From assembly GCA_964016885.1 (NCBI GenBank), contig OZ024740.1:72788001-72852000 (forward strand): a DNA stretch of 64,000 bases, given 5' to 3'. Source of the stretch: Eledone cirrhosa. Lineage: Eukaryota. The stretch's first letter is position 1; every line of letters starts with the position of its first letter. Below the pieces are notes generated by a model. The model did not search any database. It had not been told where the DNA came from and worked only from the letters and a program-made list of their open reading frames with translations. Shown piece after piece: positions 30,702 to 46,081 of the stretch. A program made the translations under genes and the position numbers.

Positions 30702-30740
30702 GAAATATATATACATTTCTGTGTGTGTAATATATATATA
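30465..30740. repeat. Minisatellite of hairpin units (about 45 bp)
   Basis: ACACACAGAAAT-atatatac-ATTTCTGTGTGT repeats about five times, separated by (TA)n. Confidence 0.9.
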
Positions 30741-30774
30741 GACTAGAACTGTTTCATTCTTGAGAAATTACCAG

Positions 30775-30809
<35 letters not shown>

Positions 30810-30811
30810 TT

Positions 30812-30862
30812 AGTTTCATAAGATCCAGTTAAGGGTGAAAGCAGCGAATCTTTGCTTAAACT
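30812..30862 (+). ncRNA. Degenerate hammerhead motif, family C copy
   Basis: AGTTTCATAAGATCCAGTTAAGGGTGAAAGCAGCGAATCTTTGCTTAAACT, lying between (TA)n tracts. Confidence 0.5.
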
Positions 30863-30873
30863 TTAATCTTTTA

Positions 30874-30908
<35 letters not shown>

Positions 30909-31486
30909 GTCCGTATGTAATATATCAATAATATATATATAATGTATGTATATATAATATATAATATATATATATATGTTAGTAAATACGAAGAAATATT
31001 TATACTATTCCACACACATATAATATATATGTTATGTCGTCGACCACTGATTCCAACAACCAGCGTTCTAGGCCACCACGTGACACCTGCGTTCCCAGCC
31101 ATGGCACGCGCGACCTTGGAGTAGTTACCATGGAGATCTAGCCAGACACAGCCGAGTTCTTTGAATTTACAGACGACAACTTTAAGACTGGCTTTTGGTG
31201 TTTCAACCAACTCACTGGGGCTGAGCATATAATATATATATATGTGTGTGTGTGTTATATGTGTGTGTATGCGTGTGTGTGTGTGTTATATGTGTGTGTA
31301 TGCGTGTGTGTGTGTGTATTATATGTGTGTGTGTTATATGTGTGTGTGTATGTGTGTGTGTATGTGTGTGTGTATGTGTGTGAGTGTGTGTGTTATATAT
31401 GTGTGTGTGTGTGTTATATGTGTATGTGTATGTGTGTGCGTGTGTGTGTTTTATATATGGGTGTGTGTTATATGTGTGTGTGTGTG

Positions 31487-31573
<87 letters not shown>

Positions 31574-32024
31574 GTATATTATGTGTGTCTCTCTATATAT
31601 ATACATATATATAGGTTTAAGTGTGTATGTGCGTGTGTATGTGTGTGTTAGCGTGTGTGCATATGTGCGTATGTATGAGTGTGTGTATGGTATGTGTGTG
31701 TTAGCGTATGTGTCTGTATGCGTGTGTGTCTGTCTGTGCGTGTGTCTGTGTGTATCTGTGTAAGTGTTTGTGTGTGTGTGTGTGTACAGGAATTCATAAG
31801 TTTCCTAAAATATGTCTGTATGCTTAATATTTCTTAAAAATTATAAACTTGTTCTTCCTGTCAGAGATAATAATCTGATTTGAGAATAATGCATCTCAAA
31901 ATATGAACATGGGTGTATATATATATATATGTATGTGTGTGTCTGTGTTTGTGTTTATGTGTTTGTGTGTGTGTTAAATATATATCGACTAGCAGAAAAC
32001 CACCCACCGGGTGATTTTCTGCTA

Positions 32025-32330
32025 GTCTATATATATATAAAACTGAGGATGTCTGTCTCTGTGTGTGTGAGTTTGAATCCCTAAAACTCGAGAAACACCC
32101 AACCGACTGTTTTCAAACTTTACACATGTAATACTTATGTTTCAGAGAGTGTTCTGAGCAAAACAAATTTCAAATTTTCAATGCCCTAGGGACCGCATTA
32201 GGCGATTTAGCAGTCTCTCTCTATAATTCTTAATCTTTCTCTTTTTAGATAGATACATACATATAACGTCGCGCCCTTATAATATCTGTCTGTATGTCTG
32301 ACTGTCTGCATTACGTCACTTCCCTGAGGA

Positions 32331-32378
<48 letters not shown>

Positions 32379-32969
32379 TGCGAATTTGAATCCCTAAAAC
32401 TCGAGAAATACCCAACCGACTATTTTCAAACTTTACATGTGTAATACTTATGTTTCAGGGAGTGTTATGCACATTTTTGATCCCCTAGGGCCCGCATTAG
32501 GTGAAAAACTGCGTTTTTTTTCAGGTTTTTAAGGGTTTTTTTTAGGCCTTACGTCAGAACGATTTCCTTGAAATTGTAACTATGTATTAGTCAGTCTCTT
32601 CTTCATACCGTGAGCAAAGAAAATCCAACTTTTTTACGGCCTAGGGCGCGCATTAGGTGAAAAACTTCATTTTTTCAGCTTTTTAGGGCTTTTTTGAGGC
32701 GTTACGTCGAGCCGATTTTCCCGAAATTTCAAGGCATATTATGCACATAAAAAAATTCATTTTCTTGATCCCGTAGGGCCCGCATTAGGTGAAAACCTGC
32801 ATTTTTCCTGCTTCATCGAGGAAAATCTTAAAGATTATCCAGCCATCAGAGTATTCGGTTCATTTTCTTTACATATTGTCCAGGCATGCAATTTTTCCAC
32901 GATTAGGTCTGTTGGCGGCCCGCGTTCCAAAATACCTTATCCCGTGCAACGCCGGGTACCACTGCTAGT
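32025..32969 (+). mobile_element. Non-autonomous Helitron-like element
   Basis: 5' TCTATATATATAAAA, four internal CTAGGGCCCGCATTAGGTGAAAA-type subrepeats, and a 3' hairpin CCCGTGCAACGCCGGG followed by CTAG|T. Confidence 0.7.
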
Positions 32970-33789
32970 ATACATATATATGAAGTAAATATATATGTAG
33001 GTGTGTGTGCATTTGTATGTATATAAAGAAATGTACACGCATACACACATATGTGTGCTAGTATGTTTGCATGTACTCTACTATATATATGAATATCTTA
33101 AACTATAGAACATAATATGTCGGAGATTACCGCAATGTTTGACGGACTTCTGACGGTTCCGACGATGAGTTAGTTCAGTTGTTCGATCAAGTGAACCGCC
33201 TCCTTGTAAAATGAACGTGCAACTATTTCACAGAAGATTCAGTGTGTTACAATGACTGATGATGACTACAATTCATTTTTGTCAGCTGAGTGTCTTGCTC
33301 AATGATGCAACAGACCATTGGAAATCGAACTCACGACTTCTCGATCGTGAGCCGAACATTCTAATCACTAATCCACACTCCTTCACAAAGAGACAGTGTC
33401 GATAAATGTAGATAAACGTCACATACAAATCGTGATTAATCCTGTTTTTTAATGACTTGACATAAAATACGATATTTTTTATTAATATTAGAAATCGATG
33501 GGAAAGTATCAATAATACCAATACTTATTTACTTCTTATTTACAAGTCCGCGATTGATTAATTTTTAACATTGGCACAAGGCCAGCAATTGTGTGACTAT
33601 TAGCAGTTGTCTTTGTTTAAATGTTGACGATTGCCGTGATTGCGGTTGTCTATGAAACATGCTTAGGAGAAACTTCAAGTATTATCATGTGGGTGGTAGG
33701 GTTGGGCAATACCTTCTGTGTAGAATTTGGCAGGTGGAAACTGGAAAAGCCCGTCTTATGTATATACAGGTACACACATACACACACAA

Positions 33790-33832
<43 letters not shown>

Positions 33833-33839
33833 CACACAA

Positions 33840-33912
<73 letters not shown>

Positions 33913-33977
33913 AATAGAGATAGATAGATAGAGAGAGAGAGGGGGGGAGAAAGAAAGAAAGAGATAGAGAGCGAGAG

Positions 33978-34045
<68 letters not shown>

Positions 34046-34354
34046 ACACACACACACACACACGTTGTCATGTCCTTTCTTTGTTAATTTTCTTAAATTT
34101 ATATATATATGTTTGAAAAGTTGAAGTCCGAAGACAGAAATGTTGTAAATGATAATAGCTTTAGAAAGTCGGGTAACATACACTTAAGGACGAAAAAAGT
34201 GGTCACCAACCACTACAGAAAATCAAACTCTGTATCTCTTGAATTGAGGCCAAGTTCAAATGCCCGACACGTCGAACTTCTTTTCCCCTTTTAAAGCGTG
34301 AAACTAATAAGACTTTTTGTACCTCTGTTTTTTCGTTTCCTTTATATATATATA

Positions 34355-34813
34355 TGCAAAAGTTCTATTTAAATTGTTGGGATACAACAAGTAAATATTT
34401 TTATAACTGATATAAAGCACTCGACAAGTATTTGGAGTAGATATACGATATTAACAAATGGAAACTATATTTATAAAACCATATTTATTTCATTATACAT
34501 ATTTCAAGGATACCAAGTTAAATTATGGTATGCCTTCATCAGACAAAATACAATATATACCAGTTTTATAAATAAACATTGACGTACCCTTTCAAAATGC
34601 GACCGTTACTTTTGGAAGACATCAGGATATCCTGATGTCTTCCAAAAGTAACGGTCGCATTTTGAAAGGGTACGTCAATGTTTATTTATAAAACTGGTAT
34701 ATATTGTATTTTGTCTGATGAAGGCATACCATAATTTAACTTGGTATCCTTGAAATATGTATAATGAAATAAATATGGTTTTATAAATATAGTTTCCATT
34801 TGTTAATATCGTA
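34355..34813. mobile_element. Fold-back hammerhead element, family A, copy 2
   Basis: 370-bp loopless palindrome 34444-34813 centred on GGAT|ATCC (34628/34629), with CTGATGA at 34715 and GAAA at 34752. The long arm is on the left. Both ends lie in (TA)n. Confidence 0.85.
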
Positions 34814-35223
34814 TATATATATATAACAGCAGATTTACCCGGCGTTTCCCGGGGTTTGAAATGCAACAAAGAATAAACAAGAAACAAACGATAATATTAG
34901 TGATTTATCTTCAAATGAATCTCATGTTTATATTTCTGTCAATAAAATTGGTTATCTCCCTTTTTATAAGGATTGTCAATAAAGTTGGTTATCTCCCTTA
35001 CATCAATTTTTCTACCGATAATTTTGATATCGATTTTTTATTGCTCAACTTGTGTCGATTTGAAAAATGTTTGTTATGTGACCATCTTAGCGATCTGTGC
35101 AACGTGCACAGAAAATTTGGTCAAATTCGGTTGGTAATTGCAAAAGCCTTAGGTATCCAAAGTTGTACACAGACACACACACATCCTCGCTTTTATATAT
35201 ATAGAAGATATATATATATATAC

Positions 35224-35339
<116 letters not shown>

Positions 35340-35362
35340 GCTTTTCAGAAGTAAAATTGAAT

Positions 35363-35400
<38 letters not shown>

Positions 35401-35449
35401 ATTCAATCCATCCCTCCCGTCCCCTTAATTTATTTTATTTCTCATTCTT

Positions 35450-35485
35450 TCTTCTGATGAAGGACTAGCGTCCGAAAAGTTAAGA
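35450..35485 (+). ncRNA. Minimal type I hammerhead motif, family D
   Basis: TCTT-CTGATGA-aGGAC tagc GTCC-GAAA-AG-TT-AAGA. The host repeat 35405-35575 recurs inverted at about 8760-8915, where the GAAA half is deleted. Confidence 0.65.
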
Positions 35486-35596
35486 CCCTCTTCCTGCTAT
35501 ATCAAGCGTTAACCTAATATATACCTTCCATATACTGTACCGATTGTGTTGTTATTTCTGTTTACCTTTTACATACATATATATATATATATATAT

Positions 35597-35741
35597 AACG
35601 AAGGAAATGTGGTAAGGAACCAGGTGGACCATAACGCACCAAAGTACTCAATATTTAGGGAAGTAGAGTGGGTAATAGGAACGAGTCCAGAATTAGCCGT
35701 CGAAACGGGTTGAGCTCAGCCGTCGGGGTCCTACTCGTTCC

Positions 35742-35743
<2 letters not shown>
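35597..35743 (-). mobile_element. Fold-back element, family B, third copy (internally deleted)
   Basis: Reverse-complement tail plus GTCGAAACGGGTTGAGCTCAGCCGTCGGGGTCC and an ATAGGAACGAGT/ACTCGTTCCTAT inverted pair, with (TA)n on both sides. Confidence 0.7.
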
Positions 35744-35781
<38 letters not shown>

Positions 35782-35785
35782 TTTA

Positions 35786-35836
35786 AGTTTAAGCAAAGAA
35801 TCGCTGCTTTCACCCTTAACGGGATCTTCTGAAACT
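35786..35836 (-). ncRNA. Hammerhead motif, family C copy
   Basis: Matches 9100-9150. It is part of an element of about 140 bp ending in (TA)n. Confidence 0.62.
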
Positions 35837-35928
35837 CTACGGCTCTTATATATTTGATATATATTTATCCTTATCGAGCCCTCTTTGGATTTTAGTCTTC
35901 AAATTTATTATTATTACTATATATATAA

Positions 35929-35974
<46 letters not shown>

Positions 35975-36028
35975 ATTCAATTTTACTTCTGAAAAGCATA
36001 AGAACCGTGAAACCGGCAAAGTAAATAA

Positions 36029-36075
<47 letters not shown>

Positions 36076-36389
36076 AACGCGTATGACATTTTTATGATTG
36101 ACATTTTTAGTGAGGATCAGTGCTGACTGACTGTGGGCAAAAGTTCGTTAGAAATATTTCTTAGCTTTACTAGCAACAACAGCAACAACAACAACATCAA
36201 TAAACAACAACATTTACAAAAACGACAATAACAACAACAATAACAACAACACAAACAATAGCAACAACAACAACTCATTGGTGAACAAAAGACCATATTG
36301 AGGAGTGTCCCTTCTAGTTATTTCACAACAACAACATCAACAACAATAAACAACAATAACATCCACAAATACAATAATTATCTTTCGCC

Positions 36390-39300
36390 TTACCCTCATC
36401 ATCACCACCACCACCACCACCACCATCATCACCACCACTACCACTACCCTCACCACCACCACCACCACCATCATCATCACCACCACTACCATCACCACCA
36501 CCAACACTACCCTCATCACCACCACCACTACCATCACCACCACCACCACCACCATCATCACCACCACTACCACTACCCTCACCACCACCACCACCACCAT
36601 CATCATCACCACCACTACCATCACCACCACCAACACTACCCTCATCACCACCACCACTACCATCACCACCACCACCACTACCCTCATCACTACCACCACC
36701 AATACCATCACCACCACCACCACTACCCTCATCATCACCACCACCACTACCATCACTACCACCACCACTACCCTCATCATCACCACCACCACTACCATCA
36801 CCACCACCACCACTACCATCATCATCCCCACCACCACTACCATCACCACCACCACCACCACCACCACCATCATCACCACCACCACTACCATCACCACCAC
36901 CACCACTACCCTCATCATCACCACCACCACTACCATCACTACCACCACCACTACCATCATCATCCCCACCACCACTACCATCACCACCACCACCACCACC
37001 ACTACCATCACCACCACCACCACCACCATCACCACCACCACCACCACCATCACCACCACTACCACTACCCTCACCACCACCACCACCACCACCACCATCA
37101 TCATCACCACCACTACCATCACCACCACCAACACTACCCTCATCACCACCACCACTACCATCACTACCACCACCACTACCCTCATCATCACCACCACCAC
37201 TACCATCACCACCACCACCACTACCCTCATCATCACCACCACCACTACCATCACTACCACCACCACTACCATCACCACCACCACCACTACCATCACTACC
37301 ACCACCACTACCATCACCACCACCACCACCACTACCATCACCACCACCACCACTACCCTCATCACCACCACCACTACCCTCATCATCACCACCACCACTA
37401 CCATCACTACCACCACCACTACCATCACCACCACCACCACTACCATCACTACCACCACCACTACCATCACCACCACCACCACCACTACCATCACCACCAC
37501 CACCACTACCCTCATCATCACCACCACCACTACCATCACTACCACCACCACTACCATCATCATCCCCACCACCACTACCATCACCACCACCACCACTACC
37601 ATCACTACCACCACCACTACCATCACCACCACCACCACCACTACCATCACCACCACCACCACTACCCTCATCACCACCACCACTACCCTCATCATCACCA
37701 CCACCACTACCATCACTACCACCACCACTACCATCACCACCACCACCACTACCATCACTACCACCACCACTACCATCACCACCACCACCACCACTACCAT
37801 CACCACCACCACCACTACCCTCATCATCACCACCACCACTACCATCACTACCACCACCACTACCATCATCATCCCCACCACCACTACCATCACCACCACC
37901 ACCACCACCACCACCATCACCACCACCACCACTACCCTCATCATCACCACCACCACTACCATCACTACCACCACCACTACCATCACCACCACCACCACTA
38001 CCATCACTACCACCACCACCACTACCATCACCACCACCACCACTACCATCATCATCACCACCACCACTACCATCACCACCACCACCACTACCATCACCAC
38101 CACCACCACTACCATCACCACCACCACCACTACCATCACTACCACCACCACCACTACCATCACTACCACCACCACTACCATCACCACCACCACCACTACC
38201 ATCATCATCACCACCACCACTACCATCACCACCACCACCACTACCATCACCACCACCACCACTACCATCACCACCACCACCACTACCATCACCACCACCA
38301 CCACTACCATCACCACCACCACCACTACCATCACCACCACCACCACTACCATCATCATCACCACCACCACTACCATCACCACCACCACCACTACCATCAC
38401 CACCACCACCACTACCATCACCACCACCACCACTACCATCATCATCACCACCACCACTACCATCACCACCACCACCACTACCATCACCACCACCACCACT
38501 ACCATCACCACCACCACCACTACCATCACTACCACCACCACCACTACCATCACTACCACCACCACTACCATCACCACCACCACCACTACCATCATCATCA
38601 CCACCACCACTACCATCACCACCACCACCACTACCATCACCACCACCACCACTACCATCACCACCACCACCACTACCATCACCACCACCACCACTACCAT
38701 CACCACCACCACCACTACCATCACCACCACCACCACTACCATCATCATCACCACCACCACTACCATCACCACCACCACCACTACCATCACCACCACCACC
38801 ACTACCATCACCACCACCACCACTACCATCACCACCACCACCACTACCATCATCATCACCACCACCACTACCATCACCACCACCACCACTACCATCACCA
38901 CCACCACCACTACCATCACCACCACCACCACTACCATCATCATCCCCACCACCACTACCATCACCACCACCACCACCACCACCACCATCATCACCACCAC
39001 CACTACCATCACCACCACCACCACTACCCTCATCATCACCACCACCACTACCATCACTACCACCACCACTACCATCACCACCACCACCACCACTACCATC
39101 ACCACCACCACCACTACCCTCATCACCACCATCACTACCATCACTACCACCACCACTACCATCACCACCACCACCACCACTACCATCACCACCACCACCA
39201 CTACCATCACCACCACCACCACCACTACCATCACCACCACCACCACTACCCTCATCACCACCACCACTACCATCACCACAACCACCACTACCCTCATCAT

Positions 39301-40225
39301 CACCACCACCACTACCATCACCACCACCACCACTACCATCACCACCACCACCACTACCCTCATCACCACCACCACTACCATCACTACCACCACCACTACC
39401 ATCACCACCACCACCACCACTACCATCACCACCACCACCACTACCCTCATCACCACCACCACTACCATCACCACAACCACCACTACCCTCATCATCACCA
39501 CCACCACTACCATCACCACCACCACCACTACCATCACCACCACCACCACTACCATCACCACCACCACCACTACCATCACCACCACCACCACTACCATCAT
39601 CATCACCACCACCACTACCATCACCACCACCACCACTACCATCACCACCACCACCACTACCATCACCACCACCACCACTACCATCACTACCACCACCACT
39701 ACCATCACCACCACCACCACTACCACCACCACCACCACCACCACCACCACCACTACCATCATCACCACCACCACTACCATCATCACCACCACCACTACCA
39801 TCATCACCACCACCACTACCATCACTACCACCACCACTACCATCACCACCACCACCACTACCATCACTACCACCACCACTACCATCACCACCACCACCAC
39901 TACCATCATCATCACCACCACCACTACCATCACCACCACCACCACTACCATCACCACCACCACCACTACCATCACCACCACCACCACTACCATCACCACC
40001 ACCACCACCACCACCACCACTACCATCATCACCATCACCACCACCACCACTACCATCACCACCACCACCACCACCACCACCACTACCATCATTACCATCA
40101 CCACCACCACTACCCTCATCATCACCACCACCACTACTATCATCACCACCACCACTACTATCACCACCACCACCACCACCGCTACCACCATCAACACCAC
40201 CATCACCATCATCACGATCACGATC

Positions 40226-40283
<58 letters not shown>

Positions 40284-40297
40284 CGATCACGATCACC

Positions 40298-40352
<55 letters not shown>

Positions 40353-40450
40353 CCACCATCATCACGATCACGATCACCACCACCACCACCACCACCATCA
40401 TCATCATCATCGTCATCATCATCATCACCACCACCGCCGCCACCACCGTC
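36390..40450. repeat. 4-kb CAC/CAT/TAC satellite, dominant 21-bp unit TACCATCACCACCACCACCAC
   Basis: Direct reading. The poly-His and poly-Val ORFs are by-products of the repeat. Confidence 0.97.
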
Positions 40451-42049
40451 ATCAATTACTTATACATAACATTTATTTTATTCTTTTAGCAGCTTCAATC
40501 ATTCAACTCCGACCATGCTGGGTCACCGTCTTGAAGAGATTCAGTTCTTTTAGACTGGTTTCTGTCATTAGCTCACAGAGATTCTCAGTCCTGAAGGGGT
40601 TTAGTTGATCATATCGATCCCAGTACTTCTCTTTCCAAGTCAAGTACTTATTCTATCGATCTCTTCTGGTCGGATCGCTAAATTACAGGACATAAACTTT
40701 GACAACACACACTGAGACACACGCATACACTTCTGCAGTTTCCGTCTATCAAAGTTTACTCACAAGGCGTTGGTTAACCGAAAGGTATTGTAGGACATTT
40801 GTTGAAGATGCCACAGAGTAAGAGAAATCCTGAAACTGCGTAGATGGATAGCAAACTCCTTCACCCCACAGCTTACAATATATAATAGAAAACGCTGGCC
40901 TAAGGTGTCATACATTGAATCTGGACCCAGAATCACGCAGTAGCAAAGCAAATTTCTTAACCACACAGTCACACTTGTGCCAATATTGTATAGTATGGTC
41001 CCGTAACTCCTGGGGAGTCGTAGGGGCGCTGTAGTGGCATCCGGCGTTTCTTGGGCATGTTCATCCTTGCGGAGCCCATCCCGCTCCAGGTCTGAATACA
41101 GCAGATTTCTTCCAGAGAATGATAGAAAGTGAGGAAATGAGAAAGAGTTTTAGAGGAAATATCGACCCCCAGTACTTGACTGGTACTTTGTTTATCGACT
41201 CGAAAGGATGAGAGTCAAAGTCGACCACAATAGGATTTGAACTTAGAGAGAAGAGAGCGGAAAGAAATACCACAAAGCAGTCTATCCGACGTTCTAAAGA
41301 ATCTGCCATTTCGCTTAGTCTGAAACAAGAAACACTGTATTAACGTTACCGTAGATGCCACTAGACGGTGTGGTCATGGCTGAAATGTCTTAGATCATAA
41401 AACTGCTTGATTATGGCCAGCTTATGGAGTTAAACAACGACAACACTATTTGCTTTATAAGTGGAACGGAAAACTGTTGGATTTAACAAGTGTTCCGGAT
41501 GTTTGATCAACGGAACAGCCGTCTCATGAAATTAACGTGTATGTGGCTGAGTATCTCACAGAAATGTGTAACCTTAATGTAATTGTGAAGGAGATTCAGC
41601 ATGACACAGTGTGTGACTTGGCCGACCTTTTTAATTACAGGTACAGTCTGTCTGATAGGCTTCCAAACAATTTCTGTCTACCCAGTTGTATTCATAAAGT
41701 GTGGGTCAACCCTTGTCTATGATGTCACACAGTGGGATCGAAATCAGGACATAATTTCGAATCAAATTCCTTAACCCTTCAGCCATGTTGTATCTACTGC
41801 TTAATAGGGAGGGTCGAGAGGATGCCTGTATCTGCTTCCGACTACACGGGTACATAAAACCTTTAGTAAAAAAACATGTTACAAACTACCAAGTTATACT
41901 CAATTGCAAGTGACGGCTGTAGTTTGGTAATACACAAGGAAAATACTATCAGACGGAACGAAAACTTTTCACATTTTACCATATCTCTTTGAAATCACAG
42001 CTATGGGAACTAGAATTACGACGACGATAATGATGAAGATCACTATCAC

Positions 42050-43740
42050 AACTACCACCACCACCTCTACCACCTCTACCATCACCACCAAACCACCACC
42101 ATCGACACCTCCACCACCTCTACCACCACCACCTCTACCCCCTCTACCATCACCACCAAACCACCACCATCGACACCTCCACCACCTCTACCACCACCAC
42201 CTCTACCACCTCTACCATCACCACCAAACCACCACCATCGACACCTCCACCACCTCTACCACCACCACCTCTACCACCTCTACCATCACCACCAAACCAC
42301 CACCATCGACACCTCCACCACCTCTACCATCACCACCAAACCACCACCATCGACACCTCCACCACCTCTACCATCACCACCAAACCACCACCATCGACAC
42401 CTCCACCACCTCTACTTTCACCACTAAACCACCACCCTCGACACCTCCACCACCTCTACCATCACCACCAAACCACCACCATCGACACCTCCACCACCTC
42501 TACCATCACCACCAAACCACCACCATCGACACCTCCACCACCTCTACCATCACCACCAAACCACCACCTCTACTTTCACCACCAAACCACCACCATCGAC
42601 ACCTCCACCACCTCTACCATTACCACCAAACCACCACCATCGACACCTCCATCACCTCTACCATCACTACTAAACCACCACCCTCGACACCTCCACCACC
42701 TCTACCATCACCACCAAACCACCACCATCGACACCTCCACCACCTCTACCATCACCACCAAACCACCACCATCGACACCTCCACCACCTCTACCATCACC
42801 ACTAAACCACCACCCTCGACACCTCCACCACCTCTACCATCACCACCAAACCACCACCATCGACACCTCCACCACCTCTACCATCACCACCAAACCACCA
42901 CCATCGACACCTCCACCACCTCTACCACCACCACCTCTACCACCTCTACCATCACCACCAAACCACCACCTCTACCATCACCACCAAACCACCACCATCG
43001 ACACCTCCACCACCTCTACTTTCACCACCAAACCACCACCATCGACACCTCCACCACCTCTACCATCACCACCAAACCACCACCATCGACACCTCCACCA
43101 CCTCTACCATCACCACTAAACCACCACCCTCGACACCTCCACCACCTCTACCATCACCACCAAACCACCACCCTCGACACCTCCACCACCTCTACCATCA
43201 CCACCAAACCACCACCATCGACACCTCCACCACCTCTACCATCACCACCAAACCACCACCATCGACACCTCCACCACCTCTACTTTCACCACCAAACCAC
43301 CACCATCGACACCTCCACCACCTCTACCATCACCACCAAACCACCACCCTCGACACCTCCACCACCTCTACCATCACCACCAAACCACCACCATCGACAC
43401 CTCCACCACCTCTACCATCACCACCAAACCACCACCATCGACACCTCCACCACCTCTACCATCACCACCAAACCACCACCTCTACTTTCACCACCAAACC
43501 ACCACCATCGACACCTCCACCACCTCTACCATCACCACCAAACCACCACCATCGACACCTCCACCACCTCTACCATCACTACTAAACCACCACCCTCGAC
43601 ACCTCCACCACCTCTACCATCACCACCAAACCACCACCATCGACACCTCCACCACCTCTACCATCACCACCAAACCACCACCATCGACACCTCCACCACC
43701 TCTACCATCACTACTAAACCACCACCCTCGACACCTCCTC
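42050..43740. repeat. 44-bp minisatellite CCACCACCATCGACACCTCCACCACCTCTACCATCACCACCAAA
   Basis: Homogeneous tandem units. The translation cycles through three frames every 44 codons. Confidence 0.97.
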
Positions 43741-44513
43741 ATTTTAACATTACGGAACACCATAATCTGTCATCGTTCGTTTCCCGAACTTCTATCTTAA
43801 CAATGCAATGACGAAGATACAATGCTCCAACATACATCTTCCTATAAGTGTTTCATGCCTATGAATAACAGCCATTTTCTTCTTATATACACCAACAATA
43901 TCTTCGTCGTTCTAGCGACACTTTATGTCTTTATTTCTTAAATGTCTTCTGTTTTGTTGAACCTCGCACCTTCACCGCCTTCTTTCTTTGATCTTCAATT
44001 GTTTTCTTTCATTTTTCTCAATTCTTCTTCTTCTTCTTCTTCTTCTTCTTCTTCTTCTTCTTCTTCTTCTTCTTCTTCTTCTTCTTCTTCTTCTTCTTCT
44101 TCTTCTCCTCCTCCTCCCCCTCCTCCTCCTTTTTCTTCTTCTTCTTCTTCTCTTCTTCTTCTTCTTCTTCTTCTTCTTCTTCTCCTCCTCCTCCTCCTCC
44201 TCCTTCTTCTTCTTCTTCTTCTTCTTCTTCTTCTTCTTCTTCTTCTTCTTCTTCTTCTTCTTCTTCTTCTTCTTCTTCTTCTTCTTCTTCTTCTTCACTA
44301 CACTCTACGCCCAAGTGTTAAAGTTGCATACAATTTCCCCAATGAGGTTTACTCAGAATGACCTTAGAACTGAGTGTGAAAGCGAAAGTGAATCTATATG
44401 ACACTTGTTCAGTTCCATTCATATAAACGTACTATCCAAATATTATTGAACCAGAAACCGATTTGTAGCCAACAGAAGTTTTTAACCACACAGCCACGAC
44501 TATATACATATAT

Positions 44514-44549
<36 letters not shown>

Positions 44550-44712
44550 GAAAAGATTCAGGACCCCGACGGCTGAGCTCTGGCCGTTTCGACAGCTAAA
44601 TCCGACCGGCCGGAGCTCAGCCGTCGGGGTCCTGACTCTTTTCCTATTACCCACTCTACTACCCTAAGTACCGAGTACTCTGGTGGGTTATCGTCCACCT
44701 GGTATCTTACCA
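44550..44712 (+). mobile_element. Fold-back element, family B, second copy
   Basis: GGACCCCGACGGCTGAGCTC...GAGCTCAGCCGTCGGGGTCC arms and the same TTCCTATTACCCACTCTACTACCCTAAGTA tail, with (TA)n on both sides. Confidence 0.75.
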
Positions 44713-44718
44713 CACCTT

Positions 44719-44776
<58 letters not shown>

Positions 44777-44800
44777 ATATAATATATATATATATATATA

Positions 44801-45268
44801 TACGATATTAAACAAATGGAAACTATATTTATAAAACCATATTTATTTCATTATACATATTTCGGGGATACCATATTAAAAATATGGCATGCCTTCGTCA
44901 GATAAAATACAATATATAAACAGTTTTATAAATAATTTTGACGTACCATAAATATGAGCGACCATTATGTAGGAAGCTGGTTTGGTCGCTCATATTTATG
45001 GTACTCATATTAATGGTCGCTCATATTTATGGTACGTCAAAATTATTTATAAAACTGTTTATATATTGTATTTTATCTGACGAAGGCATGCCATATTTTT
45101 AATATGGTATCCCCGAAATATGTATAATGAAATAAATATGGTTTTATAAATATAGTTTCCATTTGTTTAATATCGTATATCTTACTGCAAAAAACTTGTC
45201 GAGTGCTTTATATCAGTTATAAAATATTTACTTGTTGTAACCCAACAATTTTAAATAAAACTTTTGCA
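44801..45268. mobile_element. Fold-back hammerhead element, family A, copy 3
   Basis: Inverted arms span 44801-45177 with CTGACGA at 45077. The centre contains a duplicated TGGTCGCTCATATTTATGGTAC. Termini are the same as in copies 1 and 2. Confidence 0.85.
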
Positions 45269-45561
45269 TATATATATATATATTTGAAAGCTATTAATCT
45301 CTTTCTCTCACTCCCTCTCCCCACTCTCTCTCTCACTCTCTTTATCTTCATTTCCAAACGGGAACGTAATAAGACTTTGTGTTTCTGAATATCTGTGTTT
45401 GTCTTAGGAAATGGTATGTATATGTGTGTATGTACCTATGTATGTATGTAAGAATGCGTGCACATATATATACATATATATATATGTTTGCATGTGTATA
45501 TGTGAGACAGAGTCAGAGAGTGGGAGGCGAAAGTAAAACAGAAAGAGAATGTGTGCGTTAG

Positions 45562-45609
<48 letters not shown>

Positions 45610-45925
45610 GGAGAGAGAGAAAAGGAGGAGGAGAGAGAATGATGTCGAGGTGAAGGATATGAAAGTATGATGTGAAATAGCAATATATTTCTGTTGTAAA
45701 TAGACAGAATCACAATTATATTGACGAATGTCAAAGGGGAGAGAATCAGTGAACGACTAAAGAATGACAGAAGAACGACATTGATAATGTTGAGAGGAAC
45801 CGATATAGCTTGATCCCTACTGATCCTTGAAAAGAACTGTTCGTTAAATAAATTTTTTTTTCGCCAAGAGCTAAGCGAGCGACACACATAAAAGATGGCT
45901 GTCGATCCGCTCCGTCAATATCGTT

Positions 45926-45969
<44 letters not shown>

Positions 45970-46016
45970 GTTATTATTATTATTGTTATTATTACTACTA
46001 CTACTACTACTACTAC

Positions 46017-46081
<65 letters not shown>

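Noticed and set aside
31030-31228. GC-richer island with ORF MLSPSELVETPKASLKVVVCKFKELG
   Set aside because: It may be a transposase HTH relic, but it is too short and degenerate to assign.
36298-40608. 1436-aa His-rich ORF and antisense 1372-aa Val-rich ORF
   Set aside because: They are stop-free by-products of a CAC/CAT/TAC satellite, with no domain or supported splice context.
42003-43811. 602-aa Pro/His/Thr ORF resembling a mucin or extensin
   Set aside because: The 44-bp unit is not a multiple of three, so the translation cycles through all frames, which indicates a non-coding minisatellite.
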